A DNA stretch of 64,000 nucleotides from Ascidiella aspersa (lineage: Eukaryota). This document shows positions 1 through 13,529 of the stretch, piece by piece; positions within the stretch are counted from its first letter, which is position 1; every line of letters begins with the position of its first letter. A program made the position numbers and the translations under genes. A model generated the notes under the pieces. The model was not told the DNA's origin. It searched no databases and saw nothing but the letters and a program-made list of their open reading frames with translations. The DNA lies in NCBI GenBank assembly GCA_963924565.1, contig OZ004609.1, forward strand, positions 6,448,001 to 6,512,000, given 5' to 3'.

Positions 1-175
1 GGTAAAACTTAAGTGTATGAATCATGAAAGGAAAAATTATGTTTTAAGCTAAGCTATATTTAAATAGTTTTCAACTGTGTTTCCCTATTTAAAATTGTTA
101 AATTACCCCAATGCGTGGTGATTTACTGTACTAATACACAGCAATAAAGTCAAGGTGGAGGAAACTTGGACTTAC

Positions 176-3100
176 CCGCTATCCTCGTAGGAAAGCTGTC
201 GCATCCGGAGTGGAAAATCCCCGGAATTTTCCACCGCGTTTGTCGCGGCCACGACGGAGGGGGGTACTTGCTGAGAAGAAACGTAGCCCCGCTGCTGGGT
301 CTTGTTTCTGTTGGGTTCCTTGTCCATCCCTCTCATTAGCAGTTGGCCGGCTGGTATTTTGATGGGCCCTGGCGGCGGCGGCGGCGGCGGATTGTTGGAG
401 TCTGTAGCAGTATGGCGGTTTGGCAACGGGTTGCCACCTAAGCGTGTTTATACAAATTTAGTTAAAGTATAGGCCTATCATATTTTATTCACCCCTTAAT
501 AAAACATTTTAAGTGCAATGCCAATTACTTTTTAATCTTACCGAAGTGCCATCTTTTTGCCTATCATAGCTTTAGGCTTGAATAGCAAACTTAACAGAAA
601 CAATGCACAAAAATATGGTAAATTTATTTTATGTGTACGCTTAAACATAATTTGAGTATTTTCAAAAAAACTAAAGCTTGGTGCTTTGTTAGCAAATTGC
701 CAGATCCTAGTAAATAGCATTTGTTTGTTTAAGGTTTGGTTAACCACCAACAAAGTTTAGGAGGGCGCAAATATTCCACTTAGGCACTAAATGCTAATTA
801 TCTGCAGTTGTTCCAGAGCTAGGCTTTTTTTACCACCTATGAATCAAAATTTATTGGATACCAAATACTACGTTTTGTAAAATAGCGGTAATCATCTCAA
901 AATATGAGGCCATGTGTTATCCCAAGTTAAAGGGTTTGTTGTTTTACGGAATGCGGTGGTGTGAGAATGACTGGCTTATATCAGGCTGCCAGTTTTGCTA
1001 TACAGCGACTTAATATATTTAGTGTTAGGCCACTCCGTGTTTAAAGTTGGCGACTTTCTACTTCTTTAAGCATAATCGGCTTTTAATCGCATACCTAAAT
1101 TAGCTATTGAGCGGGCGGCAAGAACAATTTGCAGTATTGTGATCCCTAACGTAGTGTTCATAATTATTTTAAGCTGAAACTATACTTTCTTTAACCAATG
1201 TTTGTAAGTTTATAAACATTTTGTACGGCCTTATTACTTTTTTAAAAAAAGCGAATACAAGAGTGAACAAGTTAAGTTCAAAATACTTTTGTCATGGAAC
1301 ATGGCGTCAGGCTGTCGTCTTTGTGTCCGGTTGAGGCTGGTTAAGCAAGTAAGAAAAGAGCTGCTGAATTGGATTTAAAGTGATATGTTTACCCAGGGTC
1401 AATATTGACATTTCACAACACTGCTTTGAAATCGTGTCGGTATACACTGAAATAACATTTTAATCTCAGGAATTCTATTGAACTGAAAACGGACTCGTTG
1501 GGAAAGCATAAATGTCAAATAGTTCGAACGTTTATTGAGAAAAGCATTCGAAAATGTGCGCTTTACCCTTGACTCCTCATCAAAAATCGCTAATAATTAC
1601 TCCGCCACCGGTATTGCTGTCTGATGCCTCTACTAGAGTACGAGACCACATAGCACTGCTCTAAACTGGTATTTTTCACGTTTGTATCTAAGATCACCGA
1701 TCGATACGTTTTGGTCTTATATCGATTTGTTTGATTGTTACAAGTTAACCAACAACTACTGCGAAACCTTCACTTTTTCCCTGCCAATTTTGACGGCTCT
1801 CACGCTTTTGCGCTTTTTCTGACAAATGACTGCAAAGCATCAGTCAACACTAAGCCGAGTGAATTTATACTTGCTTTACCGAAATTAAAGCAATAGAAAA
1901 TGTGACCCGTCAACATGATTCATATTGTGCAATCTAACTCATTAAACCTACGGTTTAGTCATTTCCAGAAACGACTAGTGTGTTAATGTTGAGTCAGTTT
2001 CCGTGTTTTATTTAGAAGTGAAAATCTCCCTGGCGAGATGTAAATTAGTGCTTACGTCTTTGGTTCTGAAATTTGTGTAACCTGGTAGGTCTGTTGCTTC
2101 CATTGAAGAACAATACAATTTATATATGTATTGATAATTAACAGAACAACACGATACAAGTATTATTCACGCATTTATACTGATGACTAAATACGAACTG
2201 CTTACTGTACACAATCTAATAAAAAAATAGTCTTATAAAACTCAATTACCAAAAGGTTATTATATTTATCAGTCAATTATTCTAAAACATTTGATGTGGA
2301 CACTTTTAAACCTCCTTACTGTCTGTCAGCGTCCCGATATCCGATATATCGAATCGTGGCCGATACCCGATGTTAAGTATATAGTTGTATTAAAACAGGG
2401 TTTGTTATCGGTACCGATCCAAAACACTAGTTATTCGTGTTTTCAGCAAAGTTTTGCGATTTAAAGCTACCTTTTCTTTAGCTAAAAGGAATTTAAAAAA
2501 AAGTTAAATAACAGACAAACTTGTGTTTTCAACGTTAAAGTAATTTTAGCTTAGATACGTCAAAACATGACATATCAGTGCCATTATTTAACATCGGATC
2601 GAGCTACCGTTCTAAATATAGGGTTTCAAATTTTTAAATATTATGCAATGTATATGACAGCACTATAGTCCGCTGACCCCTGTTATAGATCCATTGATTT
2701 AAATCTTCATAACCGCCGTAAACGTACATGGTTGAGTGATGCAAATACGACATACAATTGTAACCATTAACGACTAAGTACATCTACAATGCTCACCGTG
2801 ATGCAAAGGAACGTTCCTGATGTCCGTAAACGTGACGAACTCACAGTCGTTCCCGTGCCATCCTATGTGCTTCGGGTCGTCGTGCAACTCCCAGTTTTCA
2901 ACCGTCGCACCGCAACTGAACATGAAATAGGAATTGCTGATTTCTTGGGACATTTTGGGATTTGCGCTCTATACAGATATACAGCTCTCCTATAAGAATT
3001 TTCACTTGGGAGAAGGCTATACAATGAAATGTAGACGGCTGGAGCAATGTTAAGGTGAACTTCTATCACTTTTCATATTGAACAGTGCTAGACCAGTTTT

Positions 3101-6100
3101 TACTAATGCGGCAGACTTACAAGCAGGGTTGCGGAATATGACTCGAAACTCGGCGCTCGTCAAAGTCGGTTTGTTTTGCTGGAGTCGGACTCGAGACTCG
3201 GGAGTCCAGTAAGACTACGTAAGGCCACCTGATTCCCGATTGCGAAATGCGCATTACGCCATTTAAAAATAAATAAGTCCGCAAACTATAAATTGTAAAA
3301 GTGAAACAGAAACAGAGGAATATTTTCCACCCACATATTGTAGGTGGATAAAATAAATGACACACCTATGAGTGGATTGCTGAATAATTACTTTATATTA
3401 GTTACGCAACTAGGTTAAATACAAGATGTAGAGTCAGAGACGGACTCAACGAAATCGCAAATTTGACCGGAGTCGAACTCTTTTTTATTCGGAGTCGGGT
3501 ATTTTAATTTAAACCCCAGCCTTGCTTACAAGGTTAAAAAAGAATTCGGTTGCACACAAATAAACGAATAGTTATATGTTTTCAACTGCGAATTCCTTAA
3601 AAAATAATTAAATATTCATAATATTACAGTTGAATTGGACGAATTGAAATATATTGTTCTGAATCTTCCATATTTGTAGTTTTACGAGCTTCTTAAAACG
3701 TAACAGGCCCCTTGACTATACATTCCCCCGGGGTGGTCTCACAGCACACAGGGTCTATTATTACTAATACTACTTTTGGTTATCTTCACTTATGCTATGT
3801 TTTGTATTCCGTATGCCATTGCTATTTTTTATTAACACTTATGCAATTTTGAATTGCTAATTTGTTAGTTTTAGTATGCAAGATTAATAACATGGCGAAA
3901 AAGCTGGTTTTTAAACTAGCACTAAGTTAGTTTAAGTAACCATATTTTGTAAATAATGCCAATAATGAAGTAAATGGTTATATTAGTTTATAGAATCGAT
4001 TGGCCTGAAAACAGCAGTATTTTTTTCATCTTAGGGAGCAATGTATTTGTTGAAGGTGAGCTAATGTAACACTATTAAAGGCGTGAGGCTGCAATATGGC
4101 ATGTTTACCAGATAACCCACACCCGTATCGCCAACTTCGGTGTTGGCCTACCTGTAAATGATTAAGAAAATCCCCTGGCTCGGCCCTTGGGCAAAACTAA
4201 AGGATAGAACGACCAATTGAAAATGTTTTTTCTTAAGTTACTGTGATTAGAAAGTCTTTAGGTCAAAAGCCCTAATTAAATTTTCGTCGCTGTATATTTG
4301 CGTTTCTATCGACGCACATAATATTAAATGAAACTTAGCCACATAGCGCAGAGACAATGCAAATCGCATGTAAATCGTCCAGTGATTCGCGAAAAGCCAA
4401 TCGATTCCTTTGGGTATTCAAACCTATGTACATCAATGACCCTAACACTGACACAATTATACATTAGCATATAGATGCAAACGCGGAAGCAAATCAGTTG
4501 ATTAAAGCTTAACGTTCTTTGTAGGCTAATATCATATAAAATTGTAAAAGCGCTGACCCGAGGTGTTGGATTATTATGCTAGAGTGAAAGACTTACTTAA
4601 CTATTTTGTTGGTAAGTAATACGCATTAGTATACATATGACATCCTTAAATCTATATTATTAGAAACAACACGTTTGTTATGTTAATTTATACCTTTACT
4701 ATTTTTAAGGAAATTGTGAATCCCGTCTAAATTATACTTTTCTATACAACTTTTAATAAGTGAAAAACAAAAAAAGAGTTATGTTTACAATATACTTCAA
4801 AATCTCCCTACATCATAAGAGTATAATATAAAAGGTACTAACGCGTTTGAAATGATTCATAATTTGGAATGTATTGTAGCTTGTACCCTTTAATAATACC
4901 AACAATGATACTGTCAACGCGGCTGCGCATTCCGCAAATATTTGCGATACCCTTCACTTGTTTTGTCCAGATCGTGTAGCAGGATCGTATAGCGCGATTT
5001 GCGTAACCCGATAGCCAAAGTGCCCGTTATAGTCCGTCGTGTTGTGACCGGTGTATACCTGAAGCACTTGACGCGGTCCTTGAATCCCGTATAGAAGAAT
5101 CCGTGTTGTGCTAACACTGTAGGATTGACTGGGGCTGTTCGGGGAAATCGCTCGTATGTTGCCAGTCGATAGGTTTCCCGCTCAGAGTGACCTTGAAGGA
5201 AAAAAATAACTTAAAGTTTCTGGTTTTTCATGACACGTATATATCGCCGTTTCAGTATGCCAATGAATACAGTCAAACACTTGATTTTGATATGCTTTTT
5301 CGAAAATCCCCCATCTGGTGTCAGTCGGCCCCATTAAGTCAGTTACGTCACTACTATCGTCTTATGTCAAACACCGCAGGAGTCCAGCTTGTTGCTTAAA
5401 GGTTGTACACGGTGGTTTTCCATTTTGGGCTTGTGGGTTGTGGCACAGCAAAAAACGCAAAACAAATTTTGTGGCACACTTTTTATAGAACAAAATTTGT
5501 GACTTGACAATTACCCTAATAGGTGGACATCCAAGACGAAAATGTCTTAACACTAACGGTTTGTTATTGGAAAGTGTGCATTCAATTCTCACATGCTTGC
5601 ATATATGTGTGTTTCACATACAAATATTTGAATTGGTTATTTTCCAAAATAATTTTCTGGGTGCGTAATAAAACAGCCAACGCCAAGTTTCGTAGGCACA
5701 ATGAAAGAGTGCACACACGAGTTTCTGTGGGTGTATCAAAACAGCCGAGTCAGTTGCCTTTGAGTCACACCAAGATGTTTTGCAAGCATGCTATCAAATC
5801 GATTGCTTTAAACCAGAGGTTCTTAATATTTTGTTTACCGCGGACCCCTAAAATTTGTTTTGGCTTCGCGTGGACCACCATAGGCAAAAATCGTCAAAAG
5901 ATGACGTCATAAATTGACGTCACATTACAAATAAACTTCATAAATCTGTTGATTTTGGTCTAAAAACTGTGAAAGTGAAATGAAGTTTTAATACAGTCAG
6001 TGCAAAACCGTTTGGTTTTTAATTAAACTGTTTTCTTTGAAAAAATGATTACTTTTTAAAATTGTACTAATATTTCAATTTGGCCCTCATGGACCCCCTA

Positions 6101-6882
6101 AAACTAATTCACGGACCCCCAAGGGGTAAAAACATCCAGCCTAGTCAAAATGGTTTTAAGGGCACAAAAGAGAACCAATTTACCAGTTAAAACAAAACTA
6201 CAAACTGGGTGATTGCCTTACTTTAATACTAAGGACCACAATAAAACGCTCATGGCACCAATGCCGTTTACATTATACAGTTTATGCACACAAATCAAAA
6301 CAATCAAGGAGTTTCTGTGGATTAGACATATCAAAACAGTTGAAACTGTACACTAGTTTCGGGTGTAGGCGTATCAAAACTGTCGTATCGCTAGCTTCTG
6401 TAAGTTTAGCCTAGCATTCAAAACATGATGTTTGTACGCCGAACATATCGCTCTTCTTTAGGCCGACTTAAATTATTTATTGGTTGCATCTTGGGTTTCA
6501 ACGCTTTAAATCATCTATCCAATCAAAAATGCTTACAAAAGTGCAAAATGTAACCTTAGATATTCCAGTACGAAGCAGAAATACAAACTGGGCAACCTCC
6601 TTACTGTAAGTACGGCTACACAAAACGTTCATTGCATAAACGACGTTTACATAAAACAGAACTGCATTGGAAGGCAGCCGATCAATTATTCATCAGTGCA
6701 ACTTTTGGAAAGCCATGTAGCCGCAAAACAGTGCGTTTGGACTATTATCAAGCTATTATTAAAGCTCATGCTATTAAATTTTAAAGTTGAATCATACCAG
6801 ATACGATGTACGTGCTGTCTTGTCCCGGCGGATCCCGAGGAAACTTTATAATTCTTCCGTCAGATTGAGTTTGGCGAGACAT
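176..6882 (-). CDS. Inhibitor-of-apoptosis (BIR-domain, IAP/BIRC-like) protein, 5' part; gene continues beyond left edge
   Basis: Four phase-compatible GT-AG exons: 6882-6798 (MSRQTQSDGRIIKFPRDPPGQDSTYIVS), 5191-5059 (GHSERETYRLATYERFPRTAPVNPTVLAQHGFFYTGFKDRVKCFS), 2915-2797 (CGATVENWELHDDPKHIGWHGNDCEFVTFTDIRNVPLHHG), 437-176 (Pro-rich linker). BIR hallmarks: RLxTY/F, LAxxGFFYTG, DxVKCFxC, W, DDP, CxF. Confidence 0.9.
3124..3524. mobile_element. hAT-type MITE (GGAGTCGGACTCG-rich family), copy 1, in IAP intron
   Basis: Termini CAGGGTTGCGG…CCCCAGCCTTG; perfect 8-bp TSD CTTACAAG at 3116-3123 and 3525-3532; homologous to 20337-20752. Confidence 0.85.
5814..6125. mobile_element. hAT-type MITE fragment (GCGGACCCCTAAAA family)
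   Basis: CAG(A/G)GGTTCTTAA terminus and internal ATGACGTCATAAATTGACGTCAC. Related copies at ~17695-18010 (has the right end TTAAGAACCCCTG), ~37430-37590 and ~49771-49960. Confidence 0.75.
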
Positions 6883-6983
6883 TCCCAATTCTGATATGCT
6901 GCTGTGGCTGGCCGTTTCAACTATGCTGCTGCTGCGCTGCTGTAAGGCCAGGAATTCTGTTGCTGATCATACACACTACACAG

Positions 6984-7060
6984 CCTCTCTCTCTCACTCG
7001 ATTTCTTCCTTTCTTTCTCTTTCTTTCTCCCTTCCTCTTTTTCTTACTCTCTCTCTCTCT
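6984..7060. repeat. CT/GA-rich polypyrimidine microsatellite just upstream of the IAP start codon
   Basis: Nearly pure C/T tract with (CT)n runs about 100-180 bp 5' of the ATG at 6882. Confidence 0.85.
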
Positions 7061-8142
7061 CGGGTTGAGAAAAACACTTGGGGAATACCCTAACGGTGCC
7101 GCCTAATAAACGCACTTAGCCTACGTCTCTGGTTATTTCATGCGATCAACACCCGCTATAAAACCTGCTCGTAAGCTGTAAACATTGTGTGCCGACAAAA
7201 TGTTTACGGGTCAGTGCTTTTCTCACGGTTTGGACTTTTTTTAATCTTTATACCACTTTCGGCCGCAACCAATATTCTATGTGTACCGTGTTTCAAATTT
7301 AGATATGATGCAATTTTTTAGGGTATTATGTTACGGGCTAAAAATATTTTATTTGGTTACAATCACCTAATATAATAACCTTGCTGCGCAGTGTAGACTC
7401 TAAATGCAAAAACATACGTCCGTTTCTAATGTCAACTGAAGACAGACTGACTCACAAAGTTACCAAGACGTAAAATATTTACATAGGGTAAAAGAAGCTT
7501 TCGTTGTGAGAAATTAGAAATGTGCACGTTCCCGCAAACACTTACATGTTGCTTATTAGGAAGGTTTTAATTAACGCAGCAGAACATAACTACCGCCACA
7601 GCTTTATAGCTTTTATCATACATTTAAAGTACAAATACCAGAACGAAACCCGATAGGTAAGACCAGGGCTACTTAACTATTTTAGCAAGGGTCCAGTTAC
7701 AAAAGTTTAAAATTGGCTGAGGTCTGTTATATCTCCTATGAAATAATTTACAATCATGCAAAATGTAATACGGTATAATTTACATATGTCCTTCGCTTCA
7801 ACTGAGAATTCTGAAATGGACGTTAATATAGAAAGGGGTTTTAAAAAAACAGCAGCAGTTGTTGTACTAGAAAAAACTTATTAAATCTTATTTGTTAGGA
7901 ATTTAGGGGGGGGGGGGTTGAATAACGCAGCAAAACATAATTATCTTTATAACTTTTATCACACATTTAAAGTAGGAATGTCAGACCGAAACCCGATAGG
8001 TATAAACTTACGGACCAGTACCGAACTCTTGGCGGACTGGAACCGGCCCGCCGCTCTGTGACCCGCCACTGGTTTAAAAGATTAAGTTACTAAAGTGCAG
8101 ATTACTGATTTAGTTGTACTCGAAGAGCCAGCTAGGTCATTA

Positions 8143-8232
8143 AAAGGTGTAGTGACAACGTAGCATTGACCATTTCAAACTGATTAATTAAAACTCATAA
8201 AATGGTCAATGCTATGTTGTTACTACATCTTT
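8143..8232 (+). other. 33-bp stem-loop (pre-miRNA-like hairpin or tiny MITE)
   Basis: Arms 8143-8175 and 8200-8232 pair fully, with three G-T pairs; 24-nt loop. Confidence 0.6.
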
Positions 8233-9523
8233 AGTGCGAAAGCTTTCATAACAAACATCTTTTAACTCAATTTTTGCACGTATAGCGATTTGCTTCATAT
8301 GCTAATTTTTTTGGTAGTTCATTGTCTATAAATGGGACGAAATAAGCCAATTTAAAAATTAATTATTTACTTTGATGCCAATGACCTTGCTCGAAGTTTA
8401 TTGACATAAAAATTGCTTTGAAAATGACTTAAACTGGGACTTGACTTTTAATGACTTGGGCAACTGATGACTTGGGTTTGAATCATTTCAACATTACTTG
8501 ATTACCACACTGAATATTAAAAATACAAATTATTTAGTTAATCATTTTATTTACTACCGTCCTTACATTTAGTTAAAACTAACCACTACTGGTAACATCA
8601 CGTAAACTGTATAAAGTTAATTTGATTTAATTTAAGAAGGCTGGACAGAAACTTTTAGGAATTTAAAAGTTATACTCTCTCTCTTTAACATATTGAATAA
8701 ACCTATAATTTGAAATATCCCGCCATTACGGGGAATTCTTTTTTAATACTGTAGTTTTGATATACATAAGTAAATTAAGCTAACGTTAGGGTGAAAACTA
8801 TTTTACTTGAGTCATTGTTTCACGTTAGATCCTAGGATAGTGCTAGATTCGTTTAAAATTTTAAGCCAAGTTATGTTTTAAGAAACTTAAAGTGTATCGC
8901 CTTTCACCTTGTTGCATTTATTTGTCCAGTATTATATTTTGGTCAGTCAATATATCGCTATAAACCGGTTCCGAAGGCAAAGTTATCGCGATCATTACGG
9001 GTCTCCTGCTGGATGAGAAAACAAACAAAATGCGCTGAACAATTTGTTAGCGGCAGCTAAGCGTGACCAAATGGAAGAAAGCAAGCGGGGTAAAGTTCAA
9101 CCTTTGTTTGATTAATAAAGGCTATGAGCTCAAGTGCAGAGTATGCCCAACATGGCCGCATTTCACTGAAACTAGTAAAGGAATAAGTGTCGTAAGCCCT
9201 TTAACCTCACGGCATGGAAAACCAACAGAAATCCAGCGCCCTCTCTTTCAATGGCTTGCTTAGGTGAGGTACAAGTTTGTCTTTCTTAGGTAAGGGTTGT
9301 TTTAGATGAATTCGGAGTTTGGTTATTTAACCAGTTGTCGTTTAGTATGTACTGAGCATTCACTGCATTATAAATTTGATGAAAGTTGTATTTATTTTCG
9401 TAATTATGATACATCGAGGTAACTCTTAGAAGCTGATTCCCAAATTATAATAATTTTTTTTTTCATGGTCAATCTACTGCCAATTAAGTTAAGTGGGTAT
9501 TGCGCTTAGCCAAACGGTTAAAG

Positions 9524-9821
9524 CAGTGGTTCTCAACCGGGGGGAAGAGGCACTCTAAGCCCTAGATTCTAGGGTGCCGAGAGAATTCTTTAGGATTCCA
9601 ATTATTGCTCCATTGGTAAGCTCTGCTTCTTAATACAATGTTTTGTGTACGATAAAAGTGCCAAAAAATTTTTTCAACGTTCTTGCATATTTAGTGTGCT
9701 GTTTGAATCTTGTTATTGTAACGTTACAGTTCACCACTCGGCAAAAATACAAGCTAAGGTACCGCGAACTATTTATAATTCCTGTAGGGTGCCGAAAGCC
9801 GAAAAAGGTTGCGAATCGCTG
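9524..9821. mobile_element. hAT-type MITE
   Basis: TIRs CAGTGGTTCTCAACC…GGTTGCGAATCGCTG; degenerate 8-bp TSD (GGTTAAAG/AGTTAAAT); related inverted sequence at ~52830-53078. Confidence 0.7.
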
Positions 9822-10707
9822 AGTTAAATTTAACTCTCACTTAATAGCACAATGCCATGTAATACACCACTTTATAGTTGGTAAAGTTAGTGCTATTCGG
9901 GTCAAGGAGAGATCAAAGCATTGTCTAATTTATTTTATCCTATCACAGTTCTTTTTCCCCTAGACTACAGTTCGTGTTTACGTGTCTGTTGAATTGCAGG
10001 TTCTGTCACAAGAAAAAAAGCCGTTTTATCAGTACTTGCGAAATGAGATAATTTGACCTTGAACAGGTATAAGGATTTCTTAAAAGCTTTTATAATTAGG
10101 GAGGCACCAAAGATGGATTTAAACGAAAATGGCGTTCCGTAGCACTTTGACGTAATTTTCTGCCATATATACATTACAAGCTGTTTGTAGTGTAACCACT
10201 AAAAGTGTATCCCAGAAAAACTTTATTCGTATAGGTTTGACAAAAAAAAAATCCATAAATTGAAGAGATAATATCACCTAACTAACCTAAAATATACTAA
10301 CCTAACTAACTTAAAATATAAAATATATATTTTGTTTTTAACCGGCCCATTGTCGGCGTGTTAGCCTATCTTTAAACTGAGATACAACGACTGGCAATGC
10401 GAAAGAAGTTGATAGGTTTTCCGACATAATTCAGGAATTAACCCGTAAAGGTTTGTTTCCAATTTTCAACACCGGGTTTAATCCATAAAAACGGATATTT
10501 TCTGTATTTACATTTTAGCATCAAACAAGGGAAAATGGGAAATCTGGCCTAACATTTTAGCTAAATGTATGTGTTCATTAATTTGACGACGGTTGCACTT
10601 TGTATGACTGCTGTGCATACATAGGCGTGTAATGACGTTAGCAAAGGCTACACTGTAATTTGTTTCAGTTCTTCAAAACTTTCTTAGAAAATTAGGGCTG
10701 CCTCAAC

Positions 10708-13529
10708 ATGAAAGTTATAGGAAGCGGCTTCATGAAAACTGGTACAAAATCGTTGAGCAGTGCGCTAACGATTCTTGGCTACAAGACATACCACATAGAA
10801 GAGCAGATGTACTATTTGGGAGACCAGCTGCTGAAAGCGTTGAACGAAGGGTGTACTACCGAGGAGTTTCGCGAAATGTTCAGGGACGTCGACGCCATTA
10901 CTGATCTTCCTTCCGCTAAACTCTGGGAGCAAATTCACGAAGCTTTTCCCGATGCTAAGGTACGCTGAGTTGCATTCAACATCACTATTTGTCGTGACTT
11001 CGCCGAAAGTTATACAGCTAGACTAGAGTAACCGTTTTTCCGGAATGGCAAACGATACACATTTTTAAATATTAAAATTAATTAAAATTAAAAACTTTCC
11101 AAACTGGGGGTCGGTCAACAAGTTTTAGGGTTTGCCAGTAGGCTACATCCATTTAACCAAATTGTTAATTCTGTGTAATTTGTACTTGTTCTGACATTGT
11201 TTAATCAAAGGCAAAGCTAATCGAGTGCACATCTCGAGGTGAGTTGCACCTCACTGAAATAAATCCTTGTAAAATCAGACAACGATAAGTGTTGTGTTTA
11301 TCAACCTGCATTTGCGTCGGTATTAATTTGGCAAACTTATGTTGCTAGGGAGCATGGTTTCAAACAAAATTACCACATCGATGTTTCAAAAAAAAAAAAT
11401 TGTTTCCATGATGCACTAAGTGAGTTGAACTCACGAGAATGATTTTCAATGAGTTAAACCCATAAACTGAACGACGTACACTTACATCGAAATGCATGTA
11501 CGAATTAATTTAACTCGGGAATTGGAACACCACACAGTGTTTCGTGAAATGGGCGCTTTATTCAGCCACGACCGTGACATTTCCAGGAGCACAATTGGTT
11601 TCCTGGTGCATTGCAGATAATCCACAGCGAACGAAGCAGCGACGAGGAGTGGAAGAGGAGTTTCGAGCACCACGTGAACTCGATGAGCCAGCAGACGCTC
11701 GCCCGACTCTTTCCGATGATCACACCAACTGGAAGGAAAATGTTGGCCTTTATCGGCGCAACTTGTGAGTAGCTGAATAATTAACATTAAGAACGATTAT
11801 TATGGTGGCAAACAGGGGTTTATCCAGTGGGGTCAGCCCGTCCCTCGAAATGTATGTTTTATCTATTTCAACTACGTAGCTGCAAAAAATTAATCTGGAC
11901 TATGCTTCTAGTATTTCATATGCCAATTTGATCGATTGTGTTAACCTTAGGCATAGTGCGTCTCATCGCATGGAAGTTTTGCCCTTTCAAACAATATAAA
12001 GGCGCTTGTTTTGCTTTGAGCGAATTTATTACATCTTTGTAATTTAGCTTTTGTTTTAACAGCAACACTCCTTAAAAATAATTAAAAAAAAAAAAAAACT
12101 TAAAAATACTTAAAAATAATTTTGGAATAGGAAAACAAATTTATTTAAATTAATTACGTGGGTATGGGAAACAAGGATTTTTACCAAAAATGCTACTTTA
12201 TCCAACGGCATGTTCAGACTCTAAGTCAAAACAGAGAATTTGAATTAAAATTTAGGTAATTTTACAGTTGTATAGCTGTAGGCTACTATATATAAAGCAT
12301 AATTGGGACACACATATTTACCATTTACATTCTTTTTAGAATGATTTGTGATTTGAATTAAATGGATTGTGAATATTTAAATGTAATTCTTTGTGTTTTC
12401 AAGAATTCGGTAATTTGAATTCTAATCTAATTTGACAAAACTAAAGGGATCTATTTCCAATTTTGATCTAATTTGGAAAAACGGAAATGCTTTTATTTTA
12501 ATTCTAATCTAATTTTAAAAAGCTAACATAAATCTAGTTGTCCAAGTCTGCTGACAACTGTACCAACTTTTTTCCAGTGAGAGTTTCAGTTTCGGTGCCG
12601 GAACAAAGCTTTTTTGCAAAGCAATCTGTTAATCTCGAAGTTGCCACGATGCGTTACAGGGAACACAATACAAGAGTGCGAATGGTAGGTCTATGGAAAA
12701 ATATCTGATTGAGGTTTATGTGCAATGCAGTTTAGGGATTTCTAATAATATCTGATCCGATGCTATGTGGTAACATTAGTACCTGTCCGATACTAGGCTG
12801 GTATCGAAGCCATGCCTATACAAAATTAATATGAATATCCCAGTATTAGTTTGTGGTCTAACCCACTATTCAATCAAATATGAATTTCTGAGAAAATAGT
12901 AAGTTAACACAGTTAAGGTATAACTAAACTTCCTAACGAAAAAGCGAATTTTGTTCCAATAGTATGAAACAACATACTTTTAATCTTCTAATTTACTCAC
13001 GTGTGTTTATTCCATTATGTTATATTAATTATGTTGACGTCATTTATTATAGCACCGGACGACCGGACCTTATGTCCGAACACTTGAACTTTAATAGACT
13101 ACAAACAGACACAAGCATTTGCCACGTGGTCAAAGGGCCCTACATTGATTTAAAACATAAACTCAAAAAAACACAACAGAATGAAAAACTTAGTTTAGAG
13201 CAGTTGATTTTTCTTTTATAGTTTTCGGAAAATCGACAAAATTTATTTGTATTTTTAATTAAATATTCAGAATTATATTGCATTTTTTCTAGGTCGCACC
13301 TGAACACCAAACCCTATATTTTCACCCCAAAGACGGTTGGGAACCGCTGTGCAAGTTTTTAGGGGTTTCTGTGCCCAACGAACCTTTTCCCCACCTTAAC
13401 AAGAAGGGGTCGATTGTCAAAGAGATAGTAAAGGATTCTAAAATGTTCATTCAGATACGAAAAGAGTTGACGATTATCGTTCCATTTTTGATGGTGCTTT
13501 GTGCTTTTCTTCTTTACTATTTAATGTAA
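10708..13529 (+). CDS. Sulfotransferase-like P-loop protein (Sulfotransfer_4 type) with C-terminal transmembrane anchor, 247 aa
   Basis: Exons 10708-10959, 11617-11764, 12578-12684, 13293-13529 splice in frame (744 nt). Family motifs: KVIGSGFMKTGTKSLxxALxILGY, DAITDLP, FPDAKII, WKRS, YREHNxxVR, DGWEPLCKFLGVxVPxEPFPHLN. Hydrophobic tail LTIIVPFLMVLCAFLLYYLM*. Confidence 0.88.
12175..12550. mobile_element. 5'-truncated copy of the CAGACTTGGACAAC MITE
   Basis: Colinear with ~14345-14744 and ends in ATCTAGTTGTCCAAGTCTG. Confidence 0.8.

Noticed and set aside
1400-1560. Possible P-element/THAP transposase C-terminal remnant
   Set aside because: Only a vague peptide resemblance with stops, and no termini found.
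5660-6660. Degenerate local duplications in IAP intron 1 (also 7550-7660 vs 7895-8000, and 40385-40452 vs 40535-40585)
   Set aside because: Real but old, non-coding and with no evident function.
7080-7090. NF-kB-like site GGGGAATACCC upstream of the IAP (also GGGGAATTCT near 8730)
   Set aside because: Imperfect match to GGGRNWYYCC; short motifs arise by chance and no conservation data are available.
11544-11768. ORF-track proteins at 11544-11768 (+) and 11482-11787 (-)
   Set aside because: Wrong frame or strand over sulfotransferase exon 2 (11617-11764).
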